A DNA stretch of 64,000 bases, from the NCBI RefSeq assembly GCF_009914755.1, contig NC_060932.1; one strand, 5' to 3'. This DNA comes from the human T2T-CHM13v2.0 reference genome, Homo sapiens. Shown in pieces: positions 1 to 31,655 of the stretch. Under the pieces are notes generated by a model. It ran no database searches. It was not told where the DNA came from and saw only the letters and a list, made by a program, of their open reading frames with translations. The position numbers and the translations under genes were made by a program. The stretch's first letter is position 1, and the number at the start of each line of letters is the position of its first letter.

Positions 1-69
1 TAGGTGATATTTATATGTAGGACTAGTGAAATCAAACTGATGACTGTGATTGTGCCTCATACAGTAAGG

Positions 70-306
70 CCAGATCGTGTAGTGGTAAGAACACAGTCTC
101 TGGACCAGACTGTTGGGTTTAAGTCCCAATTTTGACATGAACAGTGTGAGTTTGGGAAAATTTTTGTTCCTCAGTATCCTCATCAGTAAAACAGGGATGA
201 GGATTTCTCCCTGCTTTAAGGGATTTTGCAAGTGTTAAGTACAATATACATATAAAGCCCTTAAAACATTTCCTGGCACACAGAAAACACTCTAAGAAAT
301 ATTAGC
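70..306 (+). mobile_element. MIR SINE
   Basis: gtgtagtggtaaga...cctcagtatcctcatcagtaaaacaggg...cctggcaca core and 3' end. Confidence 0.7.
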
Positions 307-939
307 AACCACGTGGTGCAAATGCATCTTTGATTGGTCTATATTCATATACTTATTCTGAATATGTACACCGTTCATCACAGAAGAGATGGATGAAAGA
401 GCATAGATAGATATGTCAAATATTTTTCACAAGAAAAGTGAATTTTCACTTAAAGTGAATTTCCTATTAAAAGAACTTAGTGCATCATTAACATTATTAG
501 CCATTCTTTGGGAAACTAGAATATTAAACTATTATAAGTCTACAGTAACCTCAAAGCAAAGGTGTCCTGACTTAATGAGTTGCACTTGTTATTAAATATG
601 ATTATTTGTTCTGGGATGCATTGAAAGAAAACATTTTAGAGTTTCAAAATCAAGTCTGGGCTGTTCTAAGGTTGTTGAGGCTTTTGCTTAGAAGCCCTCA
701 GAGGGTAATCTATGGTTTTTGAGGGGAAGGTGGTGGAATCTTAGCACCATGAACCTGGGGCCTCTAACTGGTGGCTTGACACCATGAGGTTTTTACCAGA
801 TCGTTTTGTGGAGGTTGTTTCAAGTTATTTATCCTTTTCTTTTAGACTCTCACTATTCTGCTCTGAAAATTTTACAGATGAGGGAAAACTAGGGATTGAG
901 AATTGAGACGGTTCATCAATTATACACTAAATTGATAGT

Positions 940-1096
940 TTGTAAATTTTACCTGCATGAGAAAAACCTGGAGGGCTTGTTAAAACAGATTTCTAGACTC
1001 CACCCCCAGAGTTTCTGATTGAGTAGAATATGCATTTCTAAGAAGTTAGGTAATTTTGCACTTCTTGTCAGGGGCCCATACTTTTTGAAACACTGC
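940..1096. mobile_element. MER5A-like hAT-Charlie fossil
   Basis: cctggagggcttgttaaaacagat...ccccagagtttctgatt...tgcatttcta...aaacactg. Confidence 0.65.
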
Positions 1097-1734
1097 AATA
1101 AATCAAATACAGTACAGGAGTCAAGTTGATTGGAACTCTGGTAAACTAGCCAGAACCATCACAGTTCTTTATCAAATCAATGTACTTGATGAACCATCTT
1201 TTTATCTCATTTAATGAGATAATATTTAGAATTTTATGGACACTTGAGAATATCAGCTAACAAGAATTGTTCACATTCAAAATAAAAATTCTCAAGAAAA
1301 AATTTTTAAAATAATGACACCCCTTTTTTTGTGGGGGGTACAGTGCTTCTTGGTCCCCAACGCATTGTTCCCAGCATATTGATCACAGAGCCCCTTTGAC
1401 ACAGTATACCTTTGTCATGGCACTGAACCTTGATCACTGAGCACCTGTCCACAGTGTGCTGTGGTTCTAGTATGGCTTGGCCACACGCAGTTTGCTTGCT
1501 TTCTTAAGCCTGTGTCTATGTGGGTGAACACCCCCTCCCCTGCCCTTTATTCTTATGTGTATCCCAATTAAAAATCTTATGTAATTCACATGGATCAGAT
1601 TACTGGCATGCATCAAGGCTGAGCAGACAAAGTAGTTTCTGGGTGTTTATTAATAGTATTAACATTGCTACTGTCAGGAGAAAGTGGAGACAATTCTATT
1701 TTTTTTCTACAGGTATAAAAGATCTTTTTTAAAT

Positions 1735-2043
1735 GGCTGAGCATAGTGGCTCACGCCTGTAATCCTAGCACTTTGGGAGGCGGAGGCGGGTGGATCACGA
1801 GATCAGGAGTTCGAGACTAGCCTGGCCAACATGGTAAACCCCGTCTGTACTAAAAATACAAAAATTAGCCGGACCAAGTGGGATGCACCTGTAATCTCAG
1901 CTACTCAGGAGGCTGAGGCAGGAGAATTGCTTGAACCCAGGAGGCGGAGGTTGCTGTGAGCCAAGATCATGCCATTGCACTCTAGCTCTGGGCGACAGAG
2001 CAAGACTCTGTCTCAGAAAAACAACAACAACAACAACAAAAAC
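1735..2043 (+). mobile_element. Alu (AluSg-like) with (CAA)n tail
   Basis: Full dimer; TSD agatcttttttaa at 1720-1732 and 2044-2056. Confidence 0.95.
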
Positions 2044-3144
2044 AGATCTTTTTTAATTTTGGAAAATTTGGTATTGAACTAGCTTAATTAGGTAAATATA
2101 TTCTCTGGAGAATATCACCATTTCTATTTTCTAACTTATCAAGAAAGAAAAATAGCAGGGGATTGGTTATTCTTAAAAGCCTAGAGACCTCTTGTGGCCA
2201 TTCATAAAAGTACCGGAGAAAAACAGAAATCCAGAGTATTCTAATTTGTCAGGTTTCTCTAGCTTAGTTGTCATTCTTTTTTTTTTTTTTTTTAAATATA
2301 GGAATTACCTAATACCTGTCAAAATATATACGATAAGTCAGTAATAGGATTTTTACATAACAGTAACTTATATAAATGTATACGCACCTCAGCCGTAACA
2401 GTACTATAGGATAAAGTAAAACTTTATTGAAGCATAAAGCAAAAACATACAAGAAATTGCACAAAACATAAGTGTCCAGCTTGAGAAATTTTCCTAAATT
2501 GGATATATCTGTGTAGCCAGCATATCTGGTAGATTTTTTATCATAATTTTATAGGTAAGATGACTCAGGCTCAGAAGTTATATGATTCATTGTTTCATAA
2601 CATCAATCAAATTCATGTGAACTTCATTCACTCAGAAATAGGCAAAATGAAGAAAGAACTTGAAATAAATATTAACATAAAAGTCAGTTTACAGAGCCAT
2701 GATCTACAGTCTGGATTTATCAATAGGAAAATTTATCAAATGAAATTACTTTTACATGTAGAATTTCTAGAGCAGCAGACTATTAGGCCACAATTTATTA
2801 TTATTTTATTTGTTATTTGTTGTCGGTAGTGGTTACCTGCTATTTTCCTCCATTAATTAATAAGCAGTTTGGGTTCATCTTTTATGTACCAAGCACTGTT
2901 CTGGGTTCCTCCTGACACTAAAATGAATAATATTGGATCTTTGCCCTTCAGAGGCTCAGAATCTGATGCACCAGAAAGACATATAGACAGTAGTTTAATA
3001 ATACAGCATTTTGACAAGGACTTTAATGGAACAGTATCCATCTGCATGGACTCATTTTCAATAAGGTGGCTGTATTTTTCTCCAAAGTCCACCTCAGGCT
3101 GGTTAAAGTTTGCAAGTCCACAACTTTCTCTCTTTGGTTTAAGG

Positions 3145-3370
3145 CTAGCATAGTGTAGTAGAAGCTAATACTTGACTAGTAATCAGAAAATGTGTGTCTG
3201 AGATGTAGTTCTGTCACCGGCTCCAGGATTTTGGACTAGTATTTCACTTACTAAACCTCATTTCTTTAGCTATAACTGTAGTGGAAGCTCTTCTAATTTA
3301 GGGATGGTAGCTACCTCACAGGCTATCATGAAGATCAAATGAGATTGTAAGAAAGCCATTTGCGATCTTT
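3145..3370 (+). mobile_element. MIR SINE (degraded)
   Basis: gcatagtgtagtaga...cctcatttctttagctataa...acctcacagg...gaagatcaaatgaga. Confidence 0.55.
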
Positions 3371-3746
3371 AGATGCAGACGTTCTACTTTATACCTTTTC
3401 TTTATAAAGTATTAATATTGAACATCAGTGCAGTCATCAGTTCATCAGTGTTTACTAGTTCATGGTTTTGCTGCTGGGAATATGTGCTAGAGAAAGTGCT
3501 CAGTGTTTGATAGTGGGCAGATTGACCTGTGCATATCCATGTTCTTCCTAAGGATAGTGAAGAGAATGAAAAAATAATAAGCATAGTGGGTGTCTCGGAA
3601 ATGGAGAAGGAAGCAAAAGCTGATTAGGAAAGGAAAAGGTACCGAAAGCAAATTAGTATGCAAATTTACTCATTCACAAATTTACCCAGGGTTCTCTTTC
3701 TCCTCATCAAAACAATTTATTAAATACTAAATAAGATAGATACATT

Positions 3747-4442
<696 letters not shown>

Positions 4443-5079
4443 GATATAATGGTAATCGTGTTAGTATGGTACTAGTTATGGTAAAGATTATCACCTCTTC
4501 TGGGAAGCCTATCCTGTGTTAGGTGCCTTTCTCTATATTCCTACTATAACTTTCTAGATGTCACAGCAAGTACCACACTGTGTTGGGATCTCATTTCTCT
4601 GCCTTCACACTTGATTTCCCTAAGGCCAGTGACTGTGACTGACTTTGAACTCTGTATCTTCTCTATCTAGCACTTAAGGCTCAAAAAATGTATATTGAAA
4701 ACAAATTTACCTGGACCTGGCTCCTGTCCTCAAGGAGCCCACAATGATCATGTCTATGATCTACAAAAACCATAGACACAGAATACACAGTGTAGTAGGA
4801 GCTCTGAATAAACATGTGAAAGGATAATAAGGTTTTTATATTACCAACAGTGGCTTTTATTGGGATGGGAAAAAAGTGATTATAGATCATTGGAAGTAGA
4901 TGTAGCAGTTCTATTGTGATAAAACAAACACATTTTTCCTTATGTCATCTATTTAATGATATTCTTTTAGTGTTCACACCTTTAACAGGTAAAAGCAACA
5001 CACATTCATTATAGAACAATTAGAGTATACAGAATCATAAAGAAATAAAAGCCACCTATATTTTACAAGATTGATGTAT

Positions 5080-5545
5080 TGATGAGGATAGGTTAAGACA
5101 ATAGCATCCAGAAAGCACCAAATAACAGTGCCTTACACAAGATCCTTTTTTTCCTTTTCAAGTAAAAGTTTGGAGGTTTGCAGACCCAAGTTGGTGTGGG
5201 TTCTGCTCCTCAGTGTCTTTAGAAGCTCAATTTTCCCCAAGTTCATGGCCCAGCTGTTCCTAAGGCGTGGCCCCATTCTTCATGGTCCAGGTCAGAATCC
5301 ATCCTCTCTGAAGCAGGATGGAGGATGGGATGAAGAAGAGGCACAGGGCTAATTGTCTCTTTAAGAAAGATTCCCAGCACTTGCCCTGTGGCACATCCAT
5401 GACTTTCCCCTTGTTAGAAGATAGTTAGGAGACCATGTTTTGCTGCAATAGAGCCTAGGAAATACAGTCTTTATTCTCAGCAGTCATGTGCTCAGCTAAA
5501 ATTTCTATTACCACGGAAGAAGGGAAAAATAGGTAGGATCAACTG
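5080..5545. mobile_element. Old MaLR/ERVL LTR remnant (MLT1-like)
   Basis: caaataacagtgcctta...gctgcaatagagcctaggaaatacagtcttt resembles MLT1-family LTRs. Confidence 0.4.
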
Positions 5546-5887
5546 TCAGAATTTGTCAGAATTATTTCCTTAAATTGCAAATAGAGGAATTTCTAGGTTA
5601 GAAGTTATGCCCATTTTCACGATTCTTGAAGCATATTGATACATTTGCCTTCAGAAGTTCTGTGCATGTTTACACTCCCAATGAGATCTATGAATGCTTT
5701 GTACTAAACACCAAGTAATCAAGTCATTCAGTGTTTCTTCTATGGCTTTGCTGTGGGCAGGATGTGATGGAGAAAAGTGTTGTGTTTGAGGGACCAGGGC
5801 TTTATTGTCAGGACTTTTTCAGCTGCAGGTGACACATGGCTTATCACGAGTACTGGAATTTATTCAAATATTTAGGATGATTTAGTA

Positions 5888-5938
5888 TTAAGGTTGGTGC
5901 AAAAGTAAGCGTGGTGTTTGCTATTGAAGGTAATGGAA
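5888..5938. mobile_element. Partial MADE1 mariner MITE (one TIR)
   Basis: ttaaggttggtgcaaaagtaa matches the TIR seen at 61564. Confidence 0.65.
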
Positions 5939-7624
5939 TAGAAAACTAGGAATCTGAAGGTGGATAATTAAAAAATGAAGTTCTGAAGAGGAATGGGAGA
6001 GGAGGATTATATGGGTAGTTGTAAAAATTTTGAGACCTACAGAGAGAGGATGAAATGTAATCTAATGCCCTCCTAATGTCAGTGAAGGGGCTTTTACACA
6101 TATGTTTTTATCAATGGCTACATTCCAGGCAATACCCTAGGTGCTTTATATATATCCTTTCTTGAATTCCCACAGCCCTCTGGGTAGGCATATAATTTTT
6201 ATGTATCCATTTTTTACACACAATGAAGTCAAAGCTCAAGAAAGCTCAAGTTAGGGTAGAGCTAGAATTTAAACCCCACTCTGTCCGATTTCAAAGTTTT
6301 CCTCTTTCCGCTCTTACTCTTAAGTGTGAACTGATAAAAACAATTTTGGCAAGGAATTCACCTTTTCTATAGCACTTGAATTAACTGAAGGATATAAAAG
6401 ACATTATGAAACCTTAAAAAATTATGAAAGAATTACAGAGAGTAACAAATGAAGTACTGTAAAGGCAAGGAAGAACCTCATGAGATTTTGTCTTTTCCAG
6501 GGGCCCTTCTCTGACCTGGGTTGGCTGCCTGCCCCTCCTTTCTCATAGTACTCTGTGTTCACCCTAAGACAGTTCTCATCTTTATTGTGATTGTCTATTT
6601 CCTTGGTCGTCTCTACTGCCAGATTATATCTTGAGTGTTAGATATTAGATTTCACACATCTTTATATTACCAGGAGCCAGCACAATGTCTGGAACAGTGT
6701 AGGTGCTCAATAAATATTTGCCAGATAAATTATACAGGCATTTATTCTATGGTCATATTTATACATATTACTGAAAGAGATTTTTAAAATCAACTTACTA
6801 TATGATGCCAAATTTTTAAAGACATACAATAATAACTAGACTAATATAAAATTATGATTCTGACTATGGTTATAACAGAATGTTTATAAGACAACTGAAC
6901 CTGTGACTAAGACTGAGTGCCTACAACGTGACAGGGTGTTCTGAGTGTTTAACATTTTATTATTAATTTTTCACAAAAATCTTATGAGGGAAACAATAAA
7001 ATTATTATTCTTACTTAGAAAATGGAAAAACCAGGATATGAACTTAGGCAGTACTGTTGTAGAATTTTTGTGTTTAACAACTAGGCTATTTTATATCGCC
7101 ATTGTTTATTAGCTGTTTATGACAAAAACAGTTTTTTTGCATGACTCCATAGTGGTATTTTTTTTTCTTTTACAAAGCACAGTTTAATTATCAAAATCAA
7201 GTACTTACTGTTTATACAAGACTATTCTCTAATCTACAGCAGTTAGCCAAATTTGTGGAATTAGTCCACTAATGTCATAGTAGCATCTTCTAATGAAAGC
7301 TCATAGATCCTTTTCCTGTTGCTTTGCTTGTCGACCGGAACTTCCTTTCCAACAAAGGAACAGGCTCCAAGAGCAACCCTCAGTATCTTGGGAAATTGCT
7401 GCTTTTATACCTGAGCAACCTCCAAACCGAAGAGTAATTTGCTATCATCATTCTTCCTTACTGCCCTTCATAACCAGGGTCTCATATTTTTTATTTTTTC
7501 TTCTAAAAAAAAAAAACAAACCCAAAAAACAACCGTTCAATTGCACCTCCCAGGTGCACTCCCAGGCTTGCCAGGGGCTTTCCAGTCGCAGACCCCGCGT
7601 TTTCGCAGACTCTGCCGCCGGCGA

Positions 7625-7646
7625 AACTACATTTCCCAGCGGGCCG
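7625..7646 (+). promoter_or_regulatory. ZNF143 (SBS)/THAP11-HCFC1 type ACTACAnnTCCCAG motif
   Basis: AACTACATTTCCCAGCGGGCCG matches the well-known extended promoter motif. Confidence 0.75.
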
Positions 7647-7655
7647 CGCGCCCTC

Positions 7656-7687
7656 CTTCCGGCAGGTACCCCTCAAAACCCGGAAAC
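7656..7687. promoter_or_regulatory. Two ETS/GABP-like core sites
   Basis: CTTCCGG at 7656-7662 and CCGGAAA at 7680-7686. Confidence 0.45.
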
Positions 7688-7761
7688 GCCTTGCGGGGCA
7701 GTGTGGGAGGGAGAAGTCCAGGGCGGACAGGCTGGGCGCACCCGTGCTCGCGCACCCCAAG

Positions 7762-21663
<13,902 letters not shown>

Positions 21664-24180
21664 GTTTGTTGGGATCTTGTCGTGGCAGCTCATCCAAGCA
21701 TTTAGCTAGACCCTGTGATTGCCCGTGGCTCTCTGAGTCTGTCTTATTGAGTAGTTAGCAGTATTTTTTCCTAAAATTCAGAAGTCATCTTTGTTACACA
21801 ACACAGGGGTTCAGGTAGCAATAGGACACAAAATTGCTTTATTCTACAACTGCCAGCTCCAGGCAGAAATAGGAAGGCAAAGAGATAAGAGAAGGAAAAA
21901 TGAGAGAATGAAGTCTGTATAGGGTAGAGCAATAGAAAGTAAGCTTCGGGTGCCTCCAACGTTCATGGCTGCCTGTCTCATTGGTAAACCTCACATTTAG
22001 TTACTTGTGGCTACTGCCCGCACATACACTTCTGTAATTGAGAACTCTTAGGAGAGGACTAGGGAATCACTGGGGATAGTGGGCTGGAGAGAACCCCAGG
22101 CTTTATATGTATACTTTGACCTCAGTGTTAATTTTAAATGCTTATGAATCACACACATTGCTTTAGTAAGATTAAGTGCTTATATACTAGAAATTTGATG
22201 CTCATTGGAACACATCTGCCTAGCATTTCTGTAAAAGTCTTAAGTGATATTAAGATGATTCCTTACCATTTCAGATGGTCCGCAATTTGAATTACCAAGT
22301 GGTAATGGTTCCTTACTGTTTTAGATGGTGCCTGTGAGATACCATTCCTCTGGATGGTCATGTCCAGTCAGTGGGAGGTAGAAAGGGTGGCATCTGTAGC
22401 CCTCTTCATACACATAAGTGGCATTTAGGTGAATGTCCCAGCTAATCACTAGCATGTCTGGGTATTGGCTGGGTAGTGGGTATTTTGATGATGTGGGAGC
22501 ACCAAATATGTTCATTCTTCGTTTGGGGAGGCTGGTCTGTAAACACAAAAATTGTTGTCCAGATCTTTCATCTGTTTATGATCATCAACAAAGACTTGTT
22601 AGAAAGGTCTAGTCTTAGCACTTGGCAGTTAATCTAGGGAAGATGAATTAAATGGGTAGATAGTGATGCATACCTGTATTCACTGATGTATGTTTAAGGG
22701 ATTTGGGGGGGATACCTCAGTTCATGTGGAAGGGACAGTCTCGGTGTGTCCCATGAATAACCTTGGAACTGCAACAAATGGTTTGTGCTCAGAAAAAGTC
22801 TTTCATGGTGACAGGAAGACAGTTTCCCTGGAGCTGGCCATGAAGGCCTTAGAAGCCATTTCTGGTGTCTGGTGGGTAGCAGGCATAGAGATGATGTGCC
22901 GAGGTCCCAGTGAACAACAGTAGCCAAAGAATGTACTAACTTTATCATTAATAGGAAAGTCATACCTAGGAAACAATGACTTTTTGATGGCAAAATGATT
23001 TTTTAATTCTATTTTGATGCTGTAATTCCATTTCATGACCTAGTTGTATTAGAAAACCTTGATGAACTATATGTTCCCGATTTACAAAAAAATTAATAAA
23101 ACCTCCAGAGTAAACTCAGTCAAACAATAATTGAGTAGCAGCTTTTATAACATTTAAAATTTGCACATGAGTGTGTTGTCATATGGAGTGTCTGAATCTG
23201 TTGCTGGGACATACCAATCCATGTATTCATTAGAGCCATAGAAGTTATTATTCATTAGTTCATAGTGTTTGAGTTCTTTATGTCACTCTGTTAGAAACAA
23301 GAACTGAGTCGTGAAGAAATAAGAATTGGATTTTTATAAAAACCTCTGAAGGATATTTACCTATGAAAAAGTTGTTAAGAATAAAAATTAGAAGTCCATG
23401 GTTAACTTTTCCTTCAATTTATATTATTCCTGAATCATAGGGAATCTTTCTAGAATGTGTTTATAATTTCCTTGTACAGTTTCTTTGGAAATACGTTAAA
23501 GATAGTGGCAATTTCATATATTTCATGGATACTTGAGTTTTTGCTTTTAAGGTGTTTGTTTAGGGATACAATGACCACTAGATGTCGCTGTTTATCCAGT
23601 AGACTAAGATTGAGTGTTCTTTTTGTTCAGCAACTCTTCTAAAATGTTTCAAGCAAAGATAGTAATGACCTCAGTTTCTGAAATAAGGGCATCTTCATCA
23701 GATTATTCTTCTGTTTTAAAAAAAAGCTTGAGGCAAATGTGAGTGATTTCCAGTGCTTTGAAAGGGATTACAGTATCACACAATGTCAAGCTAGAGTTAA
23801 ACACAGTATTAGCTAAATAGGCACTTATGTGTATTTTCTTTTTCATGATTATCGGTGACTGGTCAGTGTACTCATCAATTTCCAAAATTTGTATAAATAT
23901 CACAATTAGAAAAATGCCTGAGGTACTAAAGTTATGTTGGCTTTTTGTGTCTTAACACACATAAATACTATTGTTATTGCAGCAGATGCCTTTTGAATCC
24001 ATTTTCCATAATTGCGGATAGTCATAAATTGCTTGCTCAATTTTTAGTAATTATTGCTGTTGACACCAGCGTTGTAGATTTTTGGTGTTGTTGAATGCAG
24101 TAGAGAGACCAAGACACTATTCTGTAAGATCAATAAAAGTAATTGGAAAATAAATATGAACCCTAAAACAAAGTACTCAC
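21664..24180 (+). other. GDAP1: GDAP1 3' UTR (end approximate)
   Basis: AT-rich sequence after the stop with no repeat I recognise; AATAAA at 23095, 23380, 24132 and 24149. Confidence 0.6.
24132..24154 (+). terminator. Paired AATAAA polyadenylation signals, likely main GDAP1 poly(A) site
   Basis: AATAAA at 24132-24137 and 24149-24154, followed by U-rich downstream tracts at about 24180-24220. Confidence 0.55.
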
Positions 24181-26043
24181 TTTGTAATCTTTTTTGGAAA
24201 ACAGATATATTTTTTTCATTTAAAATCAAAGCATCATGTGGTAGTTAAAAGGGTAAAATAAGCAGAGGTTAGGTATTCAAGATACTTAGCTATAGGATGC
24301 CATATTTTCGTTATAACAAAATTGCTGACTCTTGCTTCATTTAAATATGCACGGTTAAAATGAATAGCGGCCTAAAGAATAACACTGATCTCTCAAAAAA
24401 AAAAAAAAAAAGAATAACATTGATGCTGCTCATTAATATAGCTCTGTTGCAGCCAGCCACCTACCATGGGAGAGCATGAAAATGATGAACACTGAGTACT
24501 TATCTTTGCAAAATAGTTTTCTTACATGTTTACTGGGTTTCAAGTATTACTCATATTTATGTATATTTTTGACATAGCTAATTCTCTTTTATTGAGTATG
24601 GATTATGCATATTGAAATTACCTTCTACATTTCTAGCTTAGTAAGCTTAGCCATTCTAATCAAGTAGAAATTGAGTACTTTCATTTTGCACTGAACAAAG
24701 CAAATTAAATGCAAGTCTAATTGGCATTGTTTTCCTTGAATTTACAAACAAGAACAAAGGGCAAGAATACTGAATACTTATGGAAAGTCACCTGAATATC
24801 TAACTTCGTAGTCTGCTCAGAAAAAAAAAACAGTATGGTAAAGACATGAAGGTGAAATTAATGCAATAAATAAATCAGTATTCAGTTATAACCATCATAT
24901 TGTTTATGCCAACTATTGGCCCATTTACTTGATCTCTGCTTACCCATATCAGAATGTCTTGATTTTATAATACTCCAGAACAATTGTTTTACTAGGTAGG
25001 GTGGTAGATTCCAAACAAAGTGAGGAAGTGTAATTTCTAGTGTGAGGATAGTAGTTTTAATTATGTATTACATTATGAAAATGAAGAGAAGGAGTGAAAG
25101 AACTCAGTTTATGGATTAGACAGTGGATGGATGACAGCAGTATCCTTTATTGCTTGCACCTAAGTTGGGGCCTGACTGTGTTAGGAGGGAGGAGAGATTG
25201 GCATTGGTGAGAAGGCAGTGGGGTAGAGCAGCTCTGTAGCACTTGAGACAAAACATGCCTGTGGTGGGCCTTGATATACTCTTTGATTCAAGTAGGGTGG
25301 TGTATCTATTTCATTCACATTACCTTGTCATAAAACTCCTTTGGGAAAGTTAACAAGTTTTTGTCTTCAGTCTTTTACTTTATTACTTATGCATTGATTC
25401 CTTAATTACAAAGTGCTGTCATTGAAATCCCTTAGTAGGAGAGCCAATAGTATAGCTTAGTGAAACATAATGAAAGGGTCAAGTTTCCATGCCAAAAACA
25501 GTATTCATATCCATATATGTAAATTAATTTTTAACAAAGTAAAATTTCAGGCGTATGACCAGCATGTATAAGTATAGCTTTTGGTATCTTCAGATTAAAC
25601 TACCTTTTGAATTTAAGAATCTAATACTCAACAAAATTACTTGCAAACATTGCCAAATACATGTCATAAAAATATAATGAAGACAGGTTTTCAGAGAGCC
25701 TACATTTATTAAGTTCAGTGCTCAAAAGAAAATGAAGGTTTGCATTACAAAAATGATATGAACTATAAATAATTAGCACTAAAAGCAGAAGTGGTTACAT
25801 TGTAAAAATTCTTATTGCTCTGCTCATTCCCTTGCAACATGATGTTACAAACTTTCCCATCAAGAAATAGCATCTGCAGAGCAAGACTACATGAGGCCTA
25901 TCAGAGGGCAATTTACTAGAGATATTGGACATCAAGCAGTGCTGAAAATCACTGGAGGTTCCTTTCAGGTAGAGGAGGGCCTCATTAACACTTTGTTAAT
26001 CCCCTAGTCAGGAGTAAGGACCATGGCCTGGAGTAAGGCTTAC

Positions 26044-26261
26044 CAGCATTTTTCAATCTTGGCCCTATTGATATTGTAAACCAGATAATTCTTTGTTGTG
26101 TGGAGCTATCCTGTGTGTTGTAGGATGTTTACCAGCTTCCTTGGCCTCTACCTCCTAAATGCCTGTAGTGCTCCCCACCCCAATTGTGACAAATCAAAAT
26201 GTCTTTGGATATTGCCAAATGTCACCAGGGGAGAAAAATCATCTCCATTTGAAGACCACTG
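26044..26261. mobile_element. MER20 hAT-Charlie fossil
   Basis: cagataattctttgttg...tgtaggatgtt...ggcctctacc...attgccaaatgtc...accactg. Confidence 0.85.
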
Positions 26262-28657
26262 CTCTGCACCCATCCTAAAAAAGCCTGAAACCAAGTCATG
26301 ACAAGATCTGCAAGGGAGACGTATTCTGGAGGTTGATTTCTGCCAAGTCAGAGGTGCTTGGGAAACATCTTGGGCTTCTATGTGCCCTCCATAACAAAGC
26401 ACAGGACAAAACGTACACAGTTTAAAGGTGACTAGCCAGTAACTGCACTGCCTACTAGAACAAGAATCAACATGCTTCAGAGAGAATATAACAAAATCCA
26501 GAGTCTCCATAAGGTATCACTAACAATGTCCAGGACACAGTAGAAAATTACTAGACAAGCAAAGTTATAGGACTGTTGTTGAAAAAAAGTAATAAATAGA
26601 TATGACCTAAATGTTGGATTTAGCAAATACTTTAAAGCAGCTAACAGACAATATATGTTTATAGAATTAAAAGAAAATGTCTGATTGAATTGACAGAAAA
26701 TCATGGGAGAGAAATTAAAACCATTAAAAGAAACCAAATGGAAATTTTAGAAAATTACATAAGTGAAAAATTCATTGGATGGGCTTCACAGCAGATGGAA
26801 GATGGCAAAAGGAAGATAAAGAAACACAGCCTCAGGAACATGTGGAAAATATCAACTGGTCTAATATGTGTGTTACGGGAGTTCTAAAAAGAGAACAAAG
26901 AATGGGGCAGGAAATTGTGTGTGTGTGTGTGTGCATATATATATATATTTAAATAATGCCATATTTTCCCAAATTTGATGAAAAAACATTTACTTACTCG
27001 TCCAAGAAAATCACTGAACTCAGTGAAAGATAAATACCAAGAAAGCCTCACGTAGGCATATCATTGTCAGACCGCTGAAAACAAAAAAATCTTGAAAGCA
27101 GTTAGAAGGGGAAAAAAAGATATACACAAGAGAATGATGATAAGAATGTGTGCTGACTTACCAGAAATAGTGGAATGCAGACAACAATGAAAATGTCTTT
27201 AAAGTGCTGATGGGGTGGGAAGGGGTGGTGAGGGAATCCTGCCAATTCAAAATTTTATATCCAGAGAAAATACCCCTTAAAAACTTGGGTTTTAAAGACA
27301 CTTTATTTCATATAAATTGAAGCCAAGAGAAGTTGGATCCAGCAGGCCCCTGCAAAACCAAAAACTGCTAAAGGCCATTTTCAGACTGATGGAGAATGAT
27401 ACAAAATGGAAACCAAATCCACAGAGAGGGGAAAGAAAAGTAGTGCCAGGAATGGCAAATAATGGGTACATATAAAGACTTTCATTGCCTCATAATTTCC
27501 TTAAAAGGTTACTGTTTAGAACAAGAATAATAGCATTATTATGTAAAATGTAAATTTCTGGGCTCTATAATATATGTGGAAGTAAATATATGAAAAACAC
27601 AAAGGTTGGAGGAAGTGGATGAATGGAATTACACTATTGTAAAGCTATTAGGTTAGTGATATGTAAAGAATGAAGTGTGAGGACAGATGTGCCAAATGAA
27701 AAGTATCAAGTGGGAAGTGTGAAGAAGGAAGTAGTGTCAAGGGTGAAGTAGTGCAATTTTGACACTAAATAAACTCTGATAAGAACACGTTGTTAGCTCT
27801 GGAGGAACACTAAAATTTAAAAAATCCCTAAGAAACAAATAGAAATAAAATACCAATGAAAGAAGCAACAAAACAAATAAACAGAAGGGACAAATGGAAA
27901 ACATAGCAAGGTGGTAGACTTAAACACACCAAAGCAATAATTGCATGATATGTAAATGTAAATAGCATTGAATGTAAAATGTTCCAATTGAAGGTCAGAG
28001 ATCAGATAAGAATGCAAGACACAAGTATGCGCTATTTATGAGATGTACTTTAAACATGCATAAACTGAACATAAAAGTATGGAAAGCGATATACCAGGTA
28101 TACATCAAGAAAGGTGGTATGGCCATATTAATTTCAGAAAAAGTGGAGTTTAAGACAGAGTTTTACAAGAGACAAAGAGGGACATTTATGAATCACAAAA
28201 GAATTTATTAGGAAGACATAATCATAAATACATATTCATCTAAGAGCTTCAAAATGTATGTGGCAAAATCTGACAGAACCAATGGAAAATGTTAGTTGGA
28301 GATTTTGTCACTATTCTCTCAGTAATGAATAGATAAAATAGACAGAAATTCAATTGGGATATAGAAGATCTGAGCACACTGTCAGCCAACTTGATCTCAT
28401 TCACATTTACTAGACATACTCAAAAACTGTGGAATAAACATTCTTTTCATGTGCATATGGAATGCTCATCAAAGTAGACATATTCTAGGCCATAAAACAA
28501 ATCTCACTAAATATTCAGATTTTTATGTTGCAGAGTATATTCTGTGGCCATTGTGGAATTAAGTGAAAAATCAACAACTAAAATATTTTAAACATTTTCA
28601 AATATTTGGAAATTAAATAGCACATTTGTAACCCATGGCTGAAAGAAGAAATCATAA

Positions 28658-31655
<2,998 letters not shown>

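Noticed and set aside
6231-6250. Short tandem duplications (aaagctcaag x2; similar at ~5544, ~10727, ~42985, ~47253)
   Set aside because: Ordinary slippage duplications with no spacer or array structure; not CRISPR-like
27212-27234. G-quadruplex consensus GGGGTGGGAAGGGGTGGTGAGGG
   Set aside because: Isolated within a decayed L1 with no supporting context
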